From positions 2,941,111 through 3,005,110 of the forward strand of contig MU058824.1 in the NCBI GenBank assembly GCA_013265495.1: a stretch of DNA of 64,000 bases. The letters are read 5' to 3'. Under the pieces are notes generated by a model that was not told the DNA's origin, ran no database searches, and was given only the letters and a program-made list of their open reading frames with translations. This stretch comes from Vicugna vicugna (lineage: Eukaryota). Below are positions 24,861-37,213 of the stretch, piece by piece (position 1 is the first letter of the stretch; the number at the start of each line of letters is the position of its first letter). The position numbers and the translations under genes were made by a program.

Positions 24861-27800
24861 TACCCCAGTCTCCCTGTCACTAAAGTCAAGACTTCAACCT
24901 GATCCTGAGGTGATTTGAGTCCTAATCTCCTCTGGTGGAGGCAGTGGCAGCCATAAGACCCGCTAGAAGTGCACAGATCCCACTGGGCCCAGGGACATGA
25001 CCTCCCACACACAGAAGCCCTCCCGGACGCTGCCTGCCGGGCTGGGCTGGGCTACAGTCTTCCGTGCCTTTGTTTGCCTGTCACCAGTCATGATCAGACC
25101 TCCACACGATGTGTCTCACTCGGTGTCGGCAGCTTCCACTCAGCACCCTGGAAACCTGTTTGCAAACTGAAGCCACGCTAGCGTCCCTGGGGGATATCTT
25201 TCCAGAGAAGCCTGCTTCCAAATGGAGCGAATTTCACCAGGCCTACTTAAAAAAAGACTTTTAAAATATGTATTTTAAAGGACTGTCATTTTACATGTGC
25301 CTGATCCCAGTAAAGAGGAGTAGCATTTGCACTCCTGGTACCCCGTGACCCCGCAGCACAAGGGCAGCTCTCAGAGAGAGGACCAGGTCAGTGGCCACCA
25401 GCCAGCCTCCCTGCTCAGCCTTCCCAGATCCCTCCTTCTCGCTGTCACCAGATGATTTTCCCAGACGTGGCCGGATGGTGTTATTCCGTTGCCCGGAGAA
25501 CTTCACTGAGCCCCACAAACCCAAGTGCAGACTTTCCAGGCCTTCCTCAAACCACACCTCCCCCTGCACCCTGCTCAGGGGACCCCAGCTCCAGGCAACA
25601 CCTCCAACACCTCCCTGCTTTCCTGTGTCACTTCTCACCTTAAGCTCCTCCTCCCAGGAGCTTTCCCCAAGCTCTTTGCTCCCCCAGGACTCACATAATG
25701 ATTCTTATCCCTCCCTCTTGTTCTTGCTTTTGGTTCCTGGGTGAGTCTCTCCTCAGCAGCCTGATCAGGGCCTGAGTCATTCCCCAGAGCCCAGCACGGG
25801 GCCCGGCACTCAGGAATAGCTTGTTGAAAATGGAATAAAAACAGGCCTTTCCTCTGCACACGTCTGAGACTTGCCTTTGAAGTTGGTTTGATGGCTGCAA
25901 ATGTAATAATCAGTTAGACCATTGGATCTCCTGTTTATCCCTGAAAAATGAGCACTCACACACAAATAATGATTTTGAGACTGGGAGCACGTGCTCTCCT
26001 GAGTGTGAAAACAGGCGATGCAGAGACAGTTCGCTCACTCTGGGGGAGATGTGGCGCGTCTCTGGGGTGTCTGCGGTTTGGGAGAGTTTACAGTTTATGG
26101 AGCCGTTTGTGGTTGGAAAGTGCAGGCCTTGGCTGACCCTGGCCCTAGTGTTCCCCTCTCCCTCCAAGCTGCAGGCTACTGGTCACCGGTGCCTTGGAGT
26201 CATAACTCTGAGATCTCGGAGCAACAGGAACACTCTATATCCCCATCGTGTTTCCCTTTACAAGAAGGTAGGTGAGCGAGGTGTCCCTTTACAAGGGAAA
26301 GGAGCTCTAAGGCGAGTGTCTGTCACATGGCTTGCCTGCCTCCCGTCTCTGCTGGCTTTGTTGTACTTGGTGGGTACCAGAAGCCAGGAGGAAACATGAC
26401 TCCCATTGTCTGCACCCCCATGTCAGGGCCCTCTGCCCCTCAGGGGGCTCCTGTGTGACCTCAGGCCCCCACAGCCCTGTTGTCCCTTCTCTCACTTGCC
26501 CTTGTCACACAGGGAGAAGCTCTAGTCCACTCTGGACAGACTGACTGTCAGCTGTGGGGTAAAGGAGCAGAGTCTCAGCCTCCCTCTCTCTGCCACGTGA
26601 AAGGCACAGGACTCTGGGCGTGGGCCAAGGGGTAGTGGGCCTTAGAGGGGCAGGAGGAGGCTGGTGTCACACACCATCTCCTTAGCCTTTCAGGTCAGCC
26701 ACAAAGAGATGGCTGGGGGAAGGGTGGGCTGGCAGGACTTCAGGAACATTTTGTCCATTTAGTGGCCATTTTGTGACCCCCATGCCAGACACCAAGGACA
26801 CTGACATAAACAAGACCCTGGTAGTAGCCATGGACCCAGGTCAGGCACCAGAGTATCTTGGAGTTTACTTCGGGGTTGGGGGGGATGCAGTCCTCACCAA
26901 GATGGCACAGTCACTTGGGTTCCAAGGGAGGAGGACGCAGGAAAGGCTTCCCAAGAGTTAAAGTTTGACTCAAGTCTCGACAGATGAGCAGGCCGGGAGG
27001 AAGGGACCCACCAGTGTTCTCACAGGTGCTCAACTGGGACCTGAGGAAGCACAAAGGTGGGCACTGTGTGGAGGAGGGGTAGAGACAGCCTGTGCAACAC
27101 CCAGAGAAGAAAGCCTCCCCAGGTAGCTGGTGTGGCTGCAGCTTCGAGGCTTGTGGAGGGCACGTAGGGAGATGAGGGCCGCAGGGAGTTTGGTGGCCAG
27201 TTCACAGAGGGCTTGCCGAACATCTGGAAGGAGTTTGGGCTTTACCCCCAAGGACTGTTGGGAGATATTGAACTGTAACCTGCCCCTCACTCACTTCCCA
27301 ACCATCAGCTCATCTTTCCTCTGCATCATCTCAACCTCATTGAGATCTCCCTGCTGGTACCAGGTGGACGCTGGGCCTCATGGGACACACAGATTGATCC
27401 CTTTGAGCCTCTGCTCTAAAACTGAAGTCGAGTTGGAAAATCAGTCCAGGATAAGAAGCTGAGGACACAGAGTCACATGGCAGTTAACACCAGCACTGGA
27501 AGAAATGTCTTGAGGCCTTGCATGAGTAACTGACATGAAAGGGACAGATAATCAGTGCTAGAGCAGGCGGCAGAGGGGCAAGATGCCTCCCCGGGGTGGT
27601 CAGGGGCAGCGCTTGAACGAGGTGAGATCTAAGCCTGGTCTCAAAGGGCTTTGGGAGCTGAAAGGAGAGGTCATTGCTGGTGGTGGCAGAGTGCATGGAG
27701 TGGGGAGCAGGCAGTGACCTTGGCCCAGGGTCTGGCACACAGTGAATGTGCTGACTTTGTGACTCGGAACATGTCCAGCATTCAGGGGATGGGGATCCAG

Positions 27801-29559
27801 CCAGTGTCCAGACTGCAAGGCCATTCTCCCTCCTGAGCAGGTTTCCCTGGGAGCCCCAGCTGAGCTTGAAGACTGTCATGCAGGCGAGAACCTGGGGAGC
27901 TCTCCTAGGGCATGAGGGCAGAATTGGGCTTCAGATATTCCTAAAAATTGAGATGCTTGTGGACAGGTGGCCCACCCTGCATCTGCTCCCACCTGCAGAC
28001 CATGGCTGACTGTGGGGACACAGAATGGCTGCAGTCACTCCAGCTCAGGCATTTTCCAAAACAGCCATTCCAGGTTGTTCACTACATAGAAAAATCTCCA
28101 TAAAGCACCCCAGCACATCTCATTTTAAACAGCAGGAGCTTCCTAGTGAACCCTGTAAGAGAAATTAGTTGCAAATTAACCCCCAGGAAACAGAATGATT
28201 TGACCTATTGTGTAGAATTGTTGGATGTCAGCCAATTGGATGTTGAAAGACATCTGCCTAAGATGATGATTTGGCTCTTAGAACAATTAGTCTTGAGCCA
28301 TTCCTGACATCCTGGCAGATGTAGGGAGTGCAGTCGAGGGTCCTACGACAGTGTCCTTCTCTATGGAGCAGGCAAGAAAATTTTGAGCACCTCTCTTCTC
28401 TCTACTCCCCCTTCCCTGCCCTCTACAGTGTTACCCTCACTGTTAATATTCTTGACCTCCTCAGTGAGGAAAGCAAGCCAGGCATTGGGAGGCTTCCTCC
28501 TAGGGTGAATGAGATTTTCATGGACTTTGGGGACAGAAGACTCCTCAGTGGGACTCCTGAGGCCCTGTTCTCTTCCCCAGGCTTGGAGCACACTGTGATC
28601 ACCACCAGCAGGGGTACATTTTTACAGACTGGCGGCCAAGGACTGCCGAAGGTTGCGGTAGCCAGCCCCACTCAGTTGTCAGGAAGACTCAGAACAGAAG
28701 AGCCTTCTCTGAGTCAGTGGTGGGCAGGTGGTTGGGGTCTGGGGCCCTGAGGCCAACAGGTTTAAACACCAGAGGAGAGCTTGTCCTAAAGAGTGGTTGC
28801 GAAGTACCTAGGGAGGACAGGATGTCTCTGGCGAGGCACAGCCTCTTTGTCTCACCAGGACGGGGATGAGCATGGAGCCCTGGCGGTCATGTGGCCTGTG
28901 GCCGGTGCCTCCATCGGGGGGACGTGAGTGAAATCTGAAGTGCATGCATGTCTGCGTGGCGGCAGCTGTAATGTGACAGCTGCCACCCCTCCCCCATTCC
29001 TTCCCCTCTCGCCACCCCCACCCCCGTTTCCGAGCCAGTGAGGAAGCTTGTCTGGCAGCACCAGCTCGGCTGTCATACCACATCAGTTTTTGTAGGTTCC
29101 CAGCTAGTGGAAAAGTGCCAAACGCGAGCAGATGATACACTTAATGAAACGCTTGGAGGAAAGCTTTGGTTCCAGTTATTGGGGGCTTTGTATATAACAT
29201 AAAGCACTCCTTTTCCCAGAGTATTTCCAAATTGTTCAGGGGTAGGTGCCATGCAAAAAAAAGTTATGTTTCTAAACCCTGAAATCAGTTCGTGCCTTTT
29301 CAGAACCTTGTCACACAGTGTAGGATTCTTCCTTTTAGGGATAAATATGGAAAATATTGAATAGTGAGATAGGAGTTGATTCTGTTTGTTCAGCATCTGT
29401 GAAAGGCTCAGTACATGACTGATATTACAAAAAAAATGAAATGGGAAGTCTTCTCCTTGTGGACATAAACTGATGGAATGGCGAGTCATCTATACCAGAT
29501 GTCAGCTAGAAATAAGGCTGTGTATCTATCTGTGCACATGTATGTATGTGCCATGCTAA

Positions 29560-29775
29560 TCTGTAACATCTGCATGGAGTTTTATGGTTTACAAGGCTTT
29601 TTTTATATCCTTTGTCTGACATTATTTTTTAACAGCCCCATGGAGCTTATAGTAGTATTCTCCCCACTCCGAAACAGAGGATACCAAGGCTCTACTGGGG
29701 CAAGTCACCCCAAAGGGTGGGAGCTGGTAAATGGCAGAGCCAGGTCTTGAACCTGAGACTTCCAAGTCTGGTTCC
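29560..29775 (-). mobile_element. MIR fragment
   Basis: tttatggtttacaaggc...aacagcccc...ctggtaaatggcagagccagg..ttgaacc. Confidence 0.6.
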
Positions 29776-31080
29776 AAGATGTGGACACCAGTCTATTAGA
29801 GTTGCCAGCATGTTTGGTACCTGGGATTGAAGCACTGCATTATTAGGGGAGGTAGGAGGTTCATCGTTTGAATTGTATTTGCATTTATTCCAAGACGGTC
29901 AAGGTTTGAAACATGCTGGAGTGCAGGGTGGGGCAGAAGACAATACTGTTTTCACGCCCAGCACCCTTCACTTGCTCGAGTGACGTCATTTGGGCTAGAG
30001 GCCCAGAGAGGTTGGAGGATTTGCCAGGGTCACACAGCTCGGAAGTGGCCTGGATTTGAGAGTCAAAACCAGATTCTGTGGACACTATTTACTCTGCTGT
30101 GCTACTGGGTTGCTACAACCATATATAAATGTAGAACGTAAAAACAAAGGAACGGTATGAAAAGAGGTTATTTAGTAAATAAATGAACAACCAAGGTCAA
30201 TCTGCCGCCTAACATTTAGTCACTTGACAGACTAGGAAGCTGCAAGGAGCCTAGGGTCTGCTGGCAGTGAGCTCAGCCAGGCTTCTGACCCCCAGCCCAA
30301 GTTCTGCCCATTGCACCCCAGGTCTCTGCTTGTCTGGGTTTTCTGCAGGTCTTCTAGCAAATGGCTAGGAATGCTCTTGAATTGATCTCTGTTCTCTATT
30401 GCCAGCTTCATAGTTGGAAGAGAACCTTAAATTCCAGACAGTGGCAACCCCTCCCTACCAAGTGAGACTGCAGTCTCGGGCTCATTTCAGAAATTGCATA
30501 TTTCTCAACGGTGAGTCTGTGTTAGTACTCCAGTTATTTTTAGGTGGGAACTTTATATTTTCTCTTTCATACCGTTTTGGCTTCTCTACCTAGCAGGGGT
30601 TATATTTTCTATCTAGCAATAATGTTGGAGCTGCCTTATTTTTAGATTTGTTCATTTTTCTTCCTGTGATTTCTTTTTTCTTCTAATTTAATACACACTC
30701 AAACAGGCTTTCTTTCCCGCCCCACCCTCCCTCCCAGTTCTCATTCACTGGGTCTCAAGACTTAATCCAAAGGCAAGTGCTAAGCCTCATCTCGTTCCAG
30801 GAAAAAGAGGAGTCTTCAGCAAACCTCGAGTGTCTCTTGTCACATGGGCTGCTGCTTGTCATTTTATAAAAGTCTTTTCACCTGTCACTTACCCCAGGTG
30901 CCCCTGGCTCCTGGCTGAGGCACTCACATGGACACACCTGATAAGAAGTGCTTTTGATCCCTATGCCTCACCCCCACCACAACTCTGCAGAGAAAACCTA
31001 CTGACCCGGGTGGTATGGGGGCTCTGAGGGGCTGGAGCAATAGGCTGCTAAAGGGTCTAGCACGTGAGCATGTGACCCTG

Positions 31081-31142
31081 CGTGTGTATGTACATGTATG
31101 TGTATGTATGTGTGTTTATAAATGTAAGTGCACACACATACA
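31081..31142. repeat. Degenerate (TG/TA)n purine-pyrimidine low-complexity repeat
   Basis: cgtgtgtatgtacatgtatgtgtatgtatgtgtg...gtgcacacacataca. Confidence 0.7.
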
Positions 31143-32629
31143 TAGGGTCTGATGCCCTCCAGACCCTAGTTCCGTCTCTTGCACTTGTAGCATTTGATTC
31201 TGGCTTATGGGCATCCCACAGATAACACCTGCAACAGGACCTGTGGTTGATACAGCGTGTTGTCATCGTTTAGCTCATTTATGCCACCCTGCATTCAGTG
31301 GCAAGGCAGCAGTGAGAATGCAGTCTTGAGGCCCCCAGGGACCTGGCCAGCCCAGCCCCCAGCACGTGATAAGGTGAGGTGGGGCAGACCCGGGGCCCTG
31401 CTCATCCCTTGGCCTTCTCAGAAGCCTTCCATGGCTCCCCACTGCCTCACCACTAAACTGTGAGTGCTCAGCCTGCTGGTACTTAAGCAGACGATACAAG
31501 GAACTACCCAGCCCCAGAGAAGACTGTGTTTTAGGCTGTGAGCTTCTCTAGGGCAGGGACCAGGCTTGACTGATCAGCATTTCCCCATAAACCAGCAACA
31601 CGGGTGTTCAGTAGGCGAGTGAGTGAAAGAATGAACCGGTGAGGCAGGTTGTGGTATCCAGACCTCCTCCCTCACCCTTTCTCGCCGTGTGGATTTTCAG
31701 GATCAGGACTCTCAGTTCATTTCCTGAAGCACCCTTCTTGTGTTGGAGCTGGAATCCTGTCTCAATGCTACGAATAAGAACTTGTCAAGCTGCTTGTAAT
31801 CCCTTCTGATGCCCTTGGCAGGGGGTCACCTTAACTGGGTGTTGAGGTCTAGATCTGCTTCCCTGAGCACCTGCCCCTCAAAAGGAAAACCTCTTTGTTA
31901 TCACCCATCTTAGGTTGGTTTTTGGTTCGCAGCTTGCTGATCAATGTTGATGGATGGGAATTGCTTTGACTCGTCACTTACAAGAAAGGATAACAAGCCC
32001 CAGGGAGAGTGGGGGCCCTTTGCAGTGAAACCATGGGTCCCGAGTCATGATCAGGCCTGTCCTCGTAGCTGTGTTTTGGGAAAACTTTGGTGGTTCGTGG
32101 TGCCAAGTTCTGTAACTGCAGTTCTTTAATGTGTCTTTAAATAATTAGTGCCTCCATGAATGACCAGGGCATGTTTGGGGGACTGTGTTATAATCAAAAT
32201 GTACATCTTAGAGTTAAAAAACAAAACATCATCTCCTCCAAACTCTATTTCCTAAACTTGAAATATGTAAACATGACATGAAATTGTTTCAAAACAGTCA
32301 CAGAAGCAGAAGCTGTTGATCTGAAGCCTTTTCCACGGGAACGCTGAGCAGAAGACGAGGGGGGAATTCCATCGCCGTAGTGGTTCCCGAGAGCAAGCAG
32401 GGAGCGGGGAGGACAGGGCGCACTGGCTCTGAGGACAGCAGATGTGGAACATCTGCTGCACGGCCGCACTTACCTACTCTTCCTGTCGCTGCCTCGGTTT
32501 CCTCATCTGTCCTGGGATTCATACCAAGTCGCTGGCACAGCGCCTGGTTCACAGTAGACACTGAACAAGTGCTGTCACGAACAATGACGATAATGAAGAG
32601 GATAGTTGCATGTGCCACATCTGCACGTG

Positions 32630-33220
32630 AAGTTTCCTTTAAAAAACATTAAATAAGAAATAGATTTTAAAAAATATGTGCTCTGGGTAGGGAAATTCGA
32701 AGTACAGGCACATAGAAAATGAAAAGTGAACTCTCTCTTCAGAGACAAGAATTGTCATTAATAATTTGTTGTGTATTCATTTCACCCTTTTCCCATTGGC
32801 TTACAGAAATACGCATCTCTACATACTACCAACATTACTTCCTACATAAACGCTCTCCTACTAAACATCGTTCTCCATCCGAGATCTTGTCCAAGGTCAT
32901 TAGTCTTTTCAAATGATTCTCTAATATGGCTGGAACACGGTGTATTCAGTCATTCCCCTATTTGTAGACTTCTAACTTGTTTCGAGTTTTCCGTTCTTAC
33001 GTTCTGCAGTAAAGGCCCTTGTACATTTATTTCTGCTTGTGGGTCTGGATATTTCTGTAGAATTGATTTCCAGAAGTGGAACTTCAAGCCATAGGCTATT
33101 TAATTTTAGTTGGATTCACCAATTTTATCTCTGAAAAGGCCATTTCCAGTTTATACTGTCTTCACCAGTCTATGAATTCAATTCTCTTCCTAAGGTAGAC
33201 AGATGTTTTAAAAATATTTA
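32630..33220 (-). mobile_element. Old L1 (L1ME-like) fragment
   Basis: tattcagtcattcccctatttgtagactt...ttgtttcgagtttt...atttctgtagaattgatttccagaagtgga...ccagtttatactgtcttcaccag. Confidence 0.6.
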
Positions 33221-34632
33221 TTTTTTTTCTGTGCTAAATTCTAAATTTGCAAGGGACTGTTTACATTGTTCTTTCAACCACTATTTACAGAGCATCTGTG
33301 GAGCCACGTTCTGTGCTAGGAATCACAGAGAGGGGGCTGTGTCAAGATGGATTGGACTTGAACTTGGCACTCAGAAGCTAGAGCGGGGGTGGGGGCCAAG
33401 TGTGCAAGTGAGTAGAACGTGGTAGCACCTCAGGGGCCCTGGGCTGAGGAACACTCACCACCAACACTGAGGGTGTGCGGGTGGAGGTGGGGGGGATGGT
33501 TAAGCACCATCCTAGCTTTTTGAAGGGAAGTGCTGGTGACAGTGTCAGATTGATCTTTGAGCTGCTGCACCACTCCTTGCACACCGTGGGGGTTCAGTAC
33601 ATGGGCTCCCAATCTGAACAGAAACTGAGACTTAGGGTTTCGGGGCTCCTAGAGGGGAGCCAGTTGGAAAAGGCCACCAGTGGTGAGAAGGCCATCTCCC
33701 CCACATCTCACGGTGCCTCTGCTCTCGGGTTCCAGGCATTGATGGCGCCTTTCACACAGACGGAGTCTCTTCAGGGCACCTTTTTAGGGCCCTGAGAGGA
33801 ATTGTTCTTGTGTTTGCCAGCATAAAAGCGTTCATTATCCAGATGCTTCCATCCAAAAATTCTTGAGATGGTCATAGGGATGGTGTAATCTGTGATAGCT
33901 GTTGGCAGGAAAGAGCCACTTGAAGGCTATTCTGAACAGTGGTAGCTTTCAGGTTCCTAATTCTTGTGTGTAGCACCTCACACACACCTTCCCCTTACCC
34001 ACTCCTCTTTCAAAAAGGCAAAAACAATTGGGTTTTTTTTTATCCTGTGGCACCAAGATGTAAAGGTAAAGTTGGAAAGACCAGTGGAGTGGGACCCGTG
34101 CAGATTTGTCATTCTGACTTTGCCAGGTCCCTTCAATACTGGGTTTCCTGTTTGCCCCACTAAATGGGCATGCTGGCTCTGCTCACCAAGATCTGTTTAC
34201 CATCGGATGGTTATAAGAACCAAGTAGCACAAAGGACTTTGTGGACCAGAAAGTGCTAATATGGAATGAGGGAGTCTTGCTGTTGGTCTTTTTTGTCAAG
34301 TTTGGGTTGGCCCTTAGCAGGTGGTCACTTCTGGGCCAAGGAGGGATCCTCTGTAAGATCCCCAGTCTTGCAGTGGCTTTGCTGTTGTGAGGTCTCCTAA
34401 AGGTGGAATTGCAGGTCCTTCTTAGGGAGCTGATGCTTGGCTGTGTCCCTAGTTCTTCAGGTTCAAGAAAATTGACAGGTGCCCTCTGCATTGTGATAAA
34501 GAGGTTTGCTTATAGTCCCAGCTTCTGTGTTGTTGCGCAGTCTTTGCAGAACTGTTTGAGGAGTGGGACAGACAAGCAGCCCATCCTAGGAGCACATGGT
34601 AGGCATGTGGGGAAGGGCTTGTCATAGAGGCA

Positions 34633-35168
34633 TGAATAAGTGAAGGTTCTCCAGAGAAACAGAACCAATAAGAGAGATTTATTGTAAGGAACTGGCTCTT
34701 GTGATTATGGAGACCAGCAGGTCCCAGGATCTGCAGGGTAAGTCAGCAAACTGGAGATCAGGAAGAGCCTGTGGTTTAGTTTCAATCCAAGCTTGAAGGC
34801 CTGAGAACCAGGAGAGCTAATGAATTATTTCTAGTCCAAAAGCCACCAGGCTCAAGACCCAGGAAGAGCCAATGTTTCAGTTCAAGCCTGAAGGCAGGGG
34901 AAAAAAAATTGATGTCCCAGTACAAATGCTGTCAGGCAGGAAGAATTCTCTCTTTATTAGGGGAGGGTCAGCTTTTATTGTTCTATTCAGGCCTTCAACT
35001 GTTGGACAAGGCCCACCACATTAGGGAGAGCAGTCTGCTTTACTCAGTCCACGGATTTAAACGGTAGTCTCATTTCAAAACACCTTCACAGAAATACCCA
35101 GAATAATGTTTGACCAAGTATCTGGACACCCTGTGACCCGCTCAAGTTGACACATTAAATCAATCACA
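34633..35168 (-). mobile_element. MLT2-type (ERVL) solo LTR
   Basis: Minus strand begins tgtgattgatttaatgtgtcaacttgag...tggtcaaacattattctggg...gactgagtaaagcaga...ctccctaatgtgg...gttgaaggcctgaatagaac and ends ...tattggttctgtttctctggagaacc...ca. It has TG...CA termini with GGCA on both flanks. Confidence 0.85.
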
Positions 35169-36344
35169 GGCAGGAAAGCACAACTTTGTGCTGGAGTAGA
35201 GCTTCTCAGTAGAGGTTCTCATTGAATATTGGGGTTGAGTTTTGGAGGAGTTTGCTGGAACGTGGTTAGGGTGCGAGGTTGGGAACCCCACACACTGTAG
35301 GATGGCTGGTCCCGTGTGTGTCCCCTCTTCCTTCATGTGCTGGTGCCACAGCACTGGAAGAAGAAGTCTGTGCGAACATCCACTCTTCATAGAATCAGAC
35401 TGAGGAACTCTGCAGCCAGAAAGACCCCCGAGACCATCTGCTTCACCCCCTCCCACCTCACCTGCGAGGAATCTTAGCCCCGGGGGATCAGGCAGCTGAC
35501 CAGGGTCACACAGCCGGTGAGCGGAGGGCCAGGCTGGTGGTCTCAAGCCGGCAGCCTCCTCATCACTGTACAGAAGGCTGAGGTTGTCTACCAGTCCCCA
35601 GGGGGATTAATTCCTCTCTTGAAGCAGTTCCAAAGCAAGAAAGGCTGGGGTAGAGAGCTTGCCAGATCTCAGCAAGTCACTTCCGACTGGACAGCTGTGC
35701 TGGGCACAGGGCATGATGCCAGCAACCCCCCTCAGCATGAGGCAGTGACCCAGTGACCAGCCCCAGGGCTGCCGCCACCACCAGATGGGTATGGCTGGGG
35801 TCTGACCAATTTGGCTGCAAATCTGGCACGTGGCAAGGGGTGCTATTAGGTACAAGTAGAGGGAAGGGTCATGCCTGGAAAGGGGCCCTGGCTCTGCCCT
35901 GGGAGGCTGGCACCCTGCACCCAATGCCAGTTTATAATCACTTGCTTAGGTCCAGCTAACCTGGGACCAACAGCATATGTTGGCCACCCCTCTACAGATC
36001 TAGAATGTGCTTAAATAAGTCCTTGATGGGCAGATCTCTTCCTCTTGATGCCGCCCTTTGCTTTCTTTCCAGGCTGCCTAATGATTCCTATAGGGACCTA
36101 TGTGTGGTCCTAGTCAGATAAACCCCAAGATGACCCAAGTTACCCTGACAAATGAGCAAACTGATGACTAGAGGGAGGAAGTCACCTGCCTTGCATCACT
36201 CAGTACGGTGAAGCTAGGACCAGCAGCTGGAGCTAGGACTCAGCTCTTCCAGTGCTTGCTTCCCCTGCCTACCTGAACATGTTCATGTTATTTTGGACCT
36301 GGTGGAGTGGAGGGAGTACCAACTGGTGTTGGAAAAGTGGTGCA

Positions 36345-36540
36345 GACAGCTGCGTGGTTAAGAGTGTGGGCTTTGGAGCAAGGCTGCCTCCATCACTGGC
36401 TTACCGTGTGACCATCTTTAAAGTGGTGATGCCAACAGTACCCCTTGTAGAGGTGCTGTGAGAACTGAATGAAAATATGGAGGCAAAGCACTTAGCACTG
36501 ACACTGGCACACCTCATGCACTCAGCACTCAGTAATTCTT
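36345..36540 (+). mobile_element. MIR fragment
   Basis: gtggttaagagtgtgggctttggag...tgtgacc...tgtgagaactgaatga...aaagcacttagcac. Confidence 0.65.
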
Positions 36541-37177
36541 GAAGTGTGTTGAGAGTTGAATCTCCCAGACCTTGGCTGAACGAATCAGCCTGTCTGAGGT
36601 GCAGATTTCTGACCGCTCAGGTAGAGAAGGGACTTAGGTGTGGTCATGGCTCCTCCAAGGCTCACTCTGGGAGGTTCCAAGAGAAAGGGCAGGTGGTGCT
36701 GCTCTGTGAGGGGTGTAGTTGAGTTGGTCTGGCATGAACGTCTGTTCCCTGTGGCTTTATCACATTAGAGTGTGGCCCGAGGCCTCTGGAAGCTGAGACC
36801 TGCTGTGCCCAGCAGACTGGAAGAGTACACCAGTGGGGCGACTAGCCTTCTTTATAAGTATAGTCCGTCAGTACTCGGAAGACACAAGGCTGGACTGTGT
36901 CTGGCCTCTGTAACACAGGGGTCAGGGGACACCCGCCCCTCTGAGGGTTGACCTGGGAGTGCTAGTACCAGCCTGACCTCTGCCCCTCATCTTGGAGAAA
37001 TGCTTGCTTTTCCGCTTTGGGGAGCTGTTTGCAGGAATGTGTTTTTCCTTTTGGAGCCCTGGGCATCCTCCATCCACTTCTTGAAAGGGTGGAGCCCTAA
37101 TTGTTTGGGAGGCCGGACCTTCAGGTCATCAGCAACTGATTGCCACACCCTGGTGTTTCCTGCCTGCCTTCAAAAGG

Positions 37178-37178
<1 letters not shown>

Positions 37179-37210
<32 letters not shown>
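37179..37210. repeat. (TG)16 microsatellite
   Basis: Perfect dinucleotide run read directly. Confidence 0.95.
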
Positions 37211-37213
<3 letters not shown>

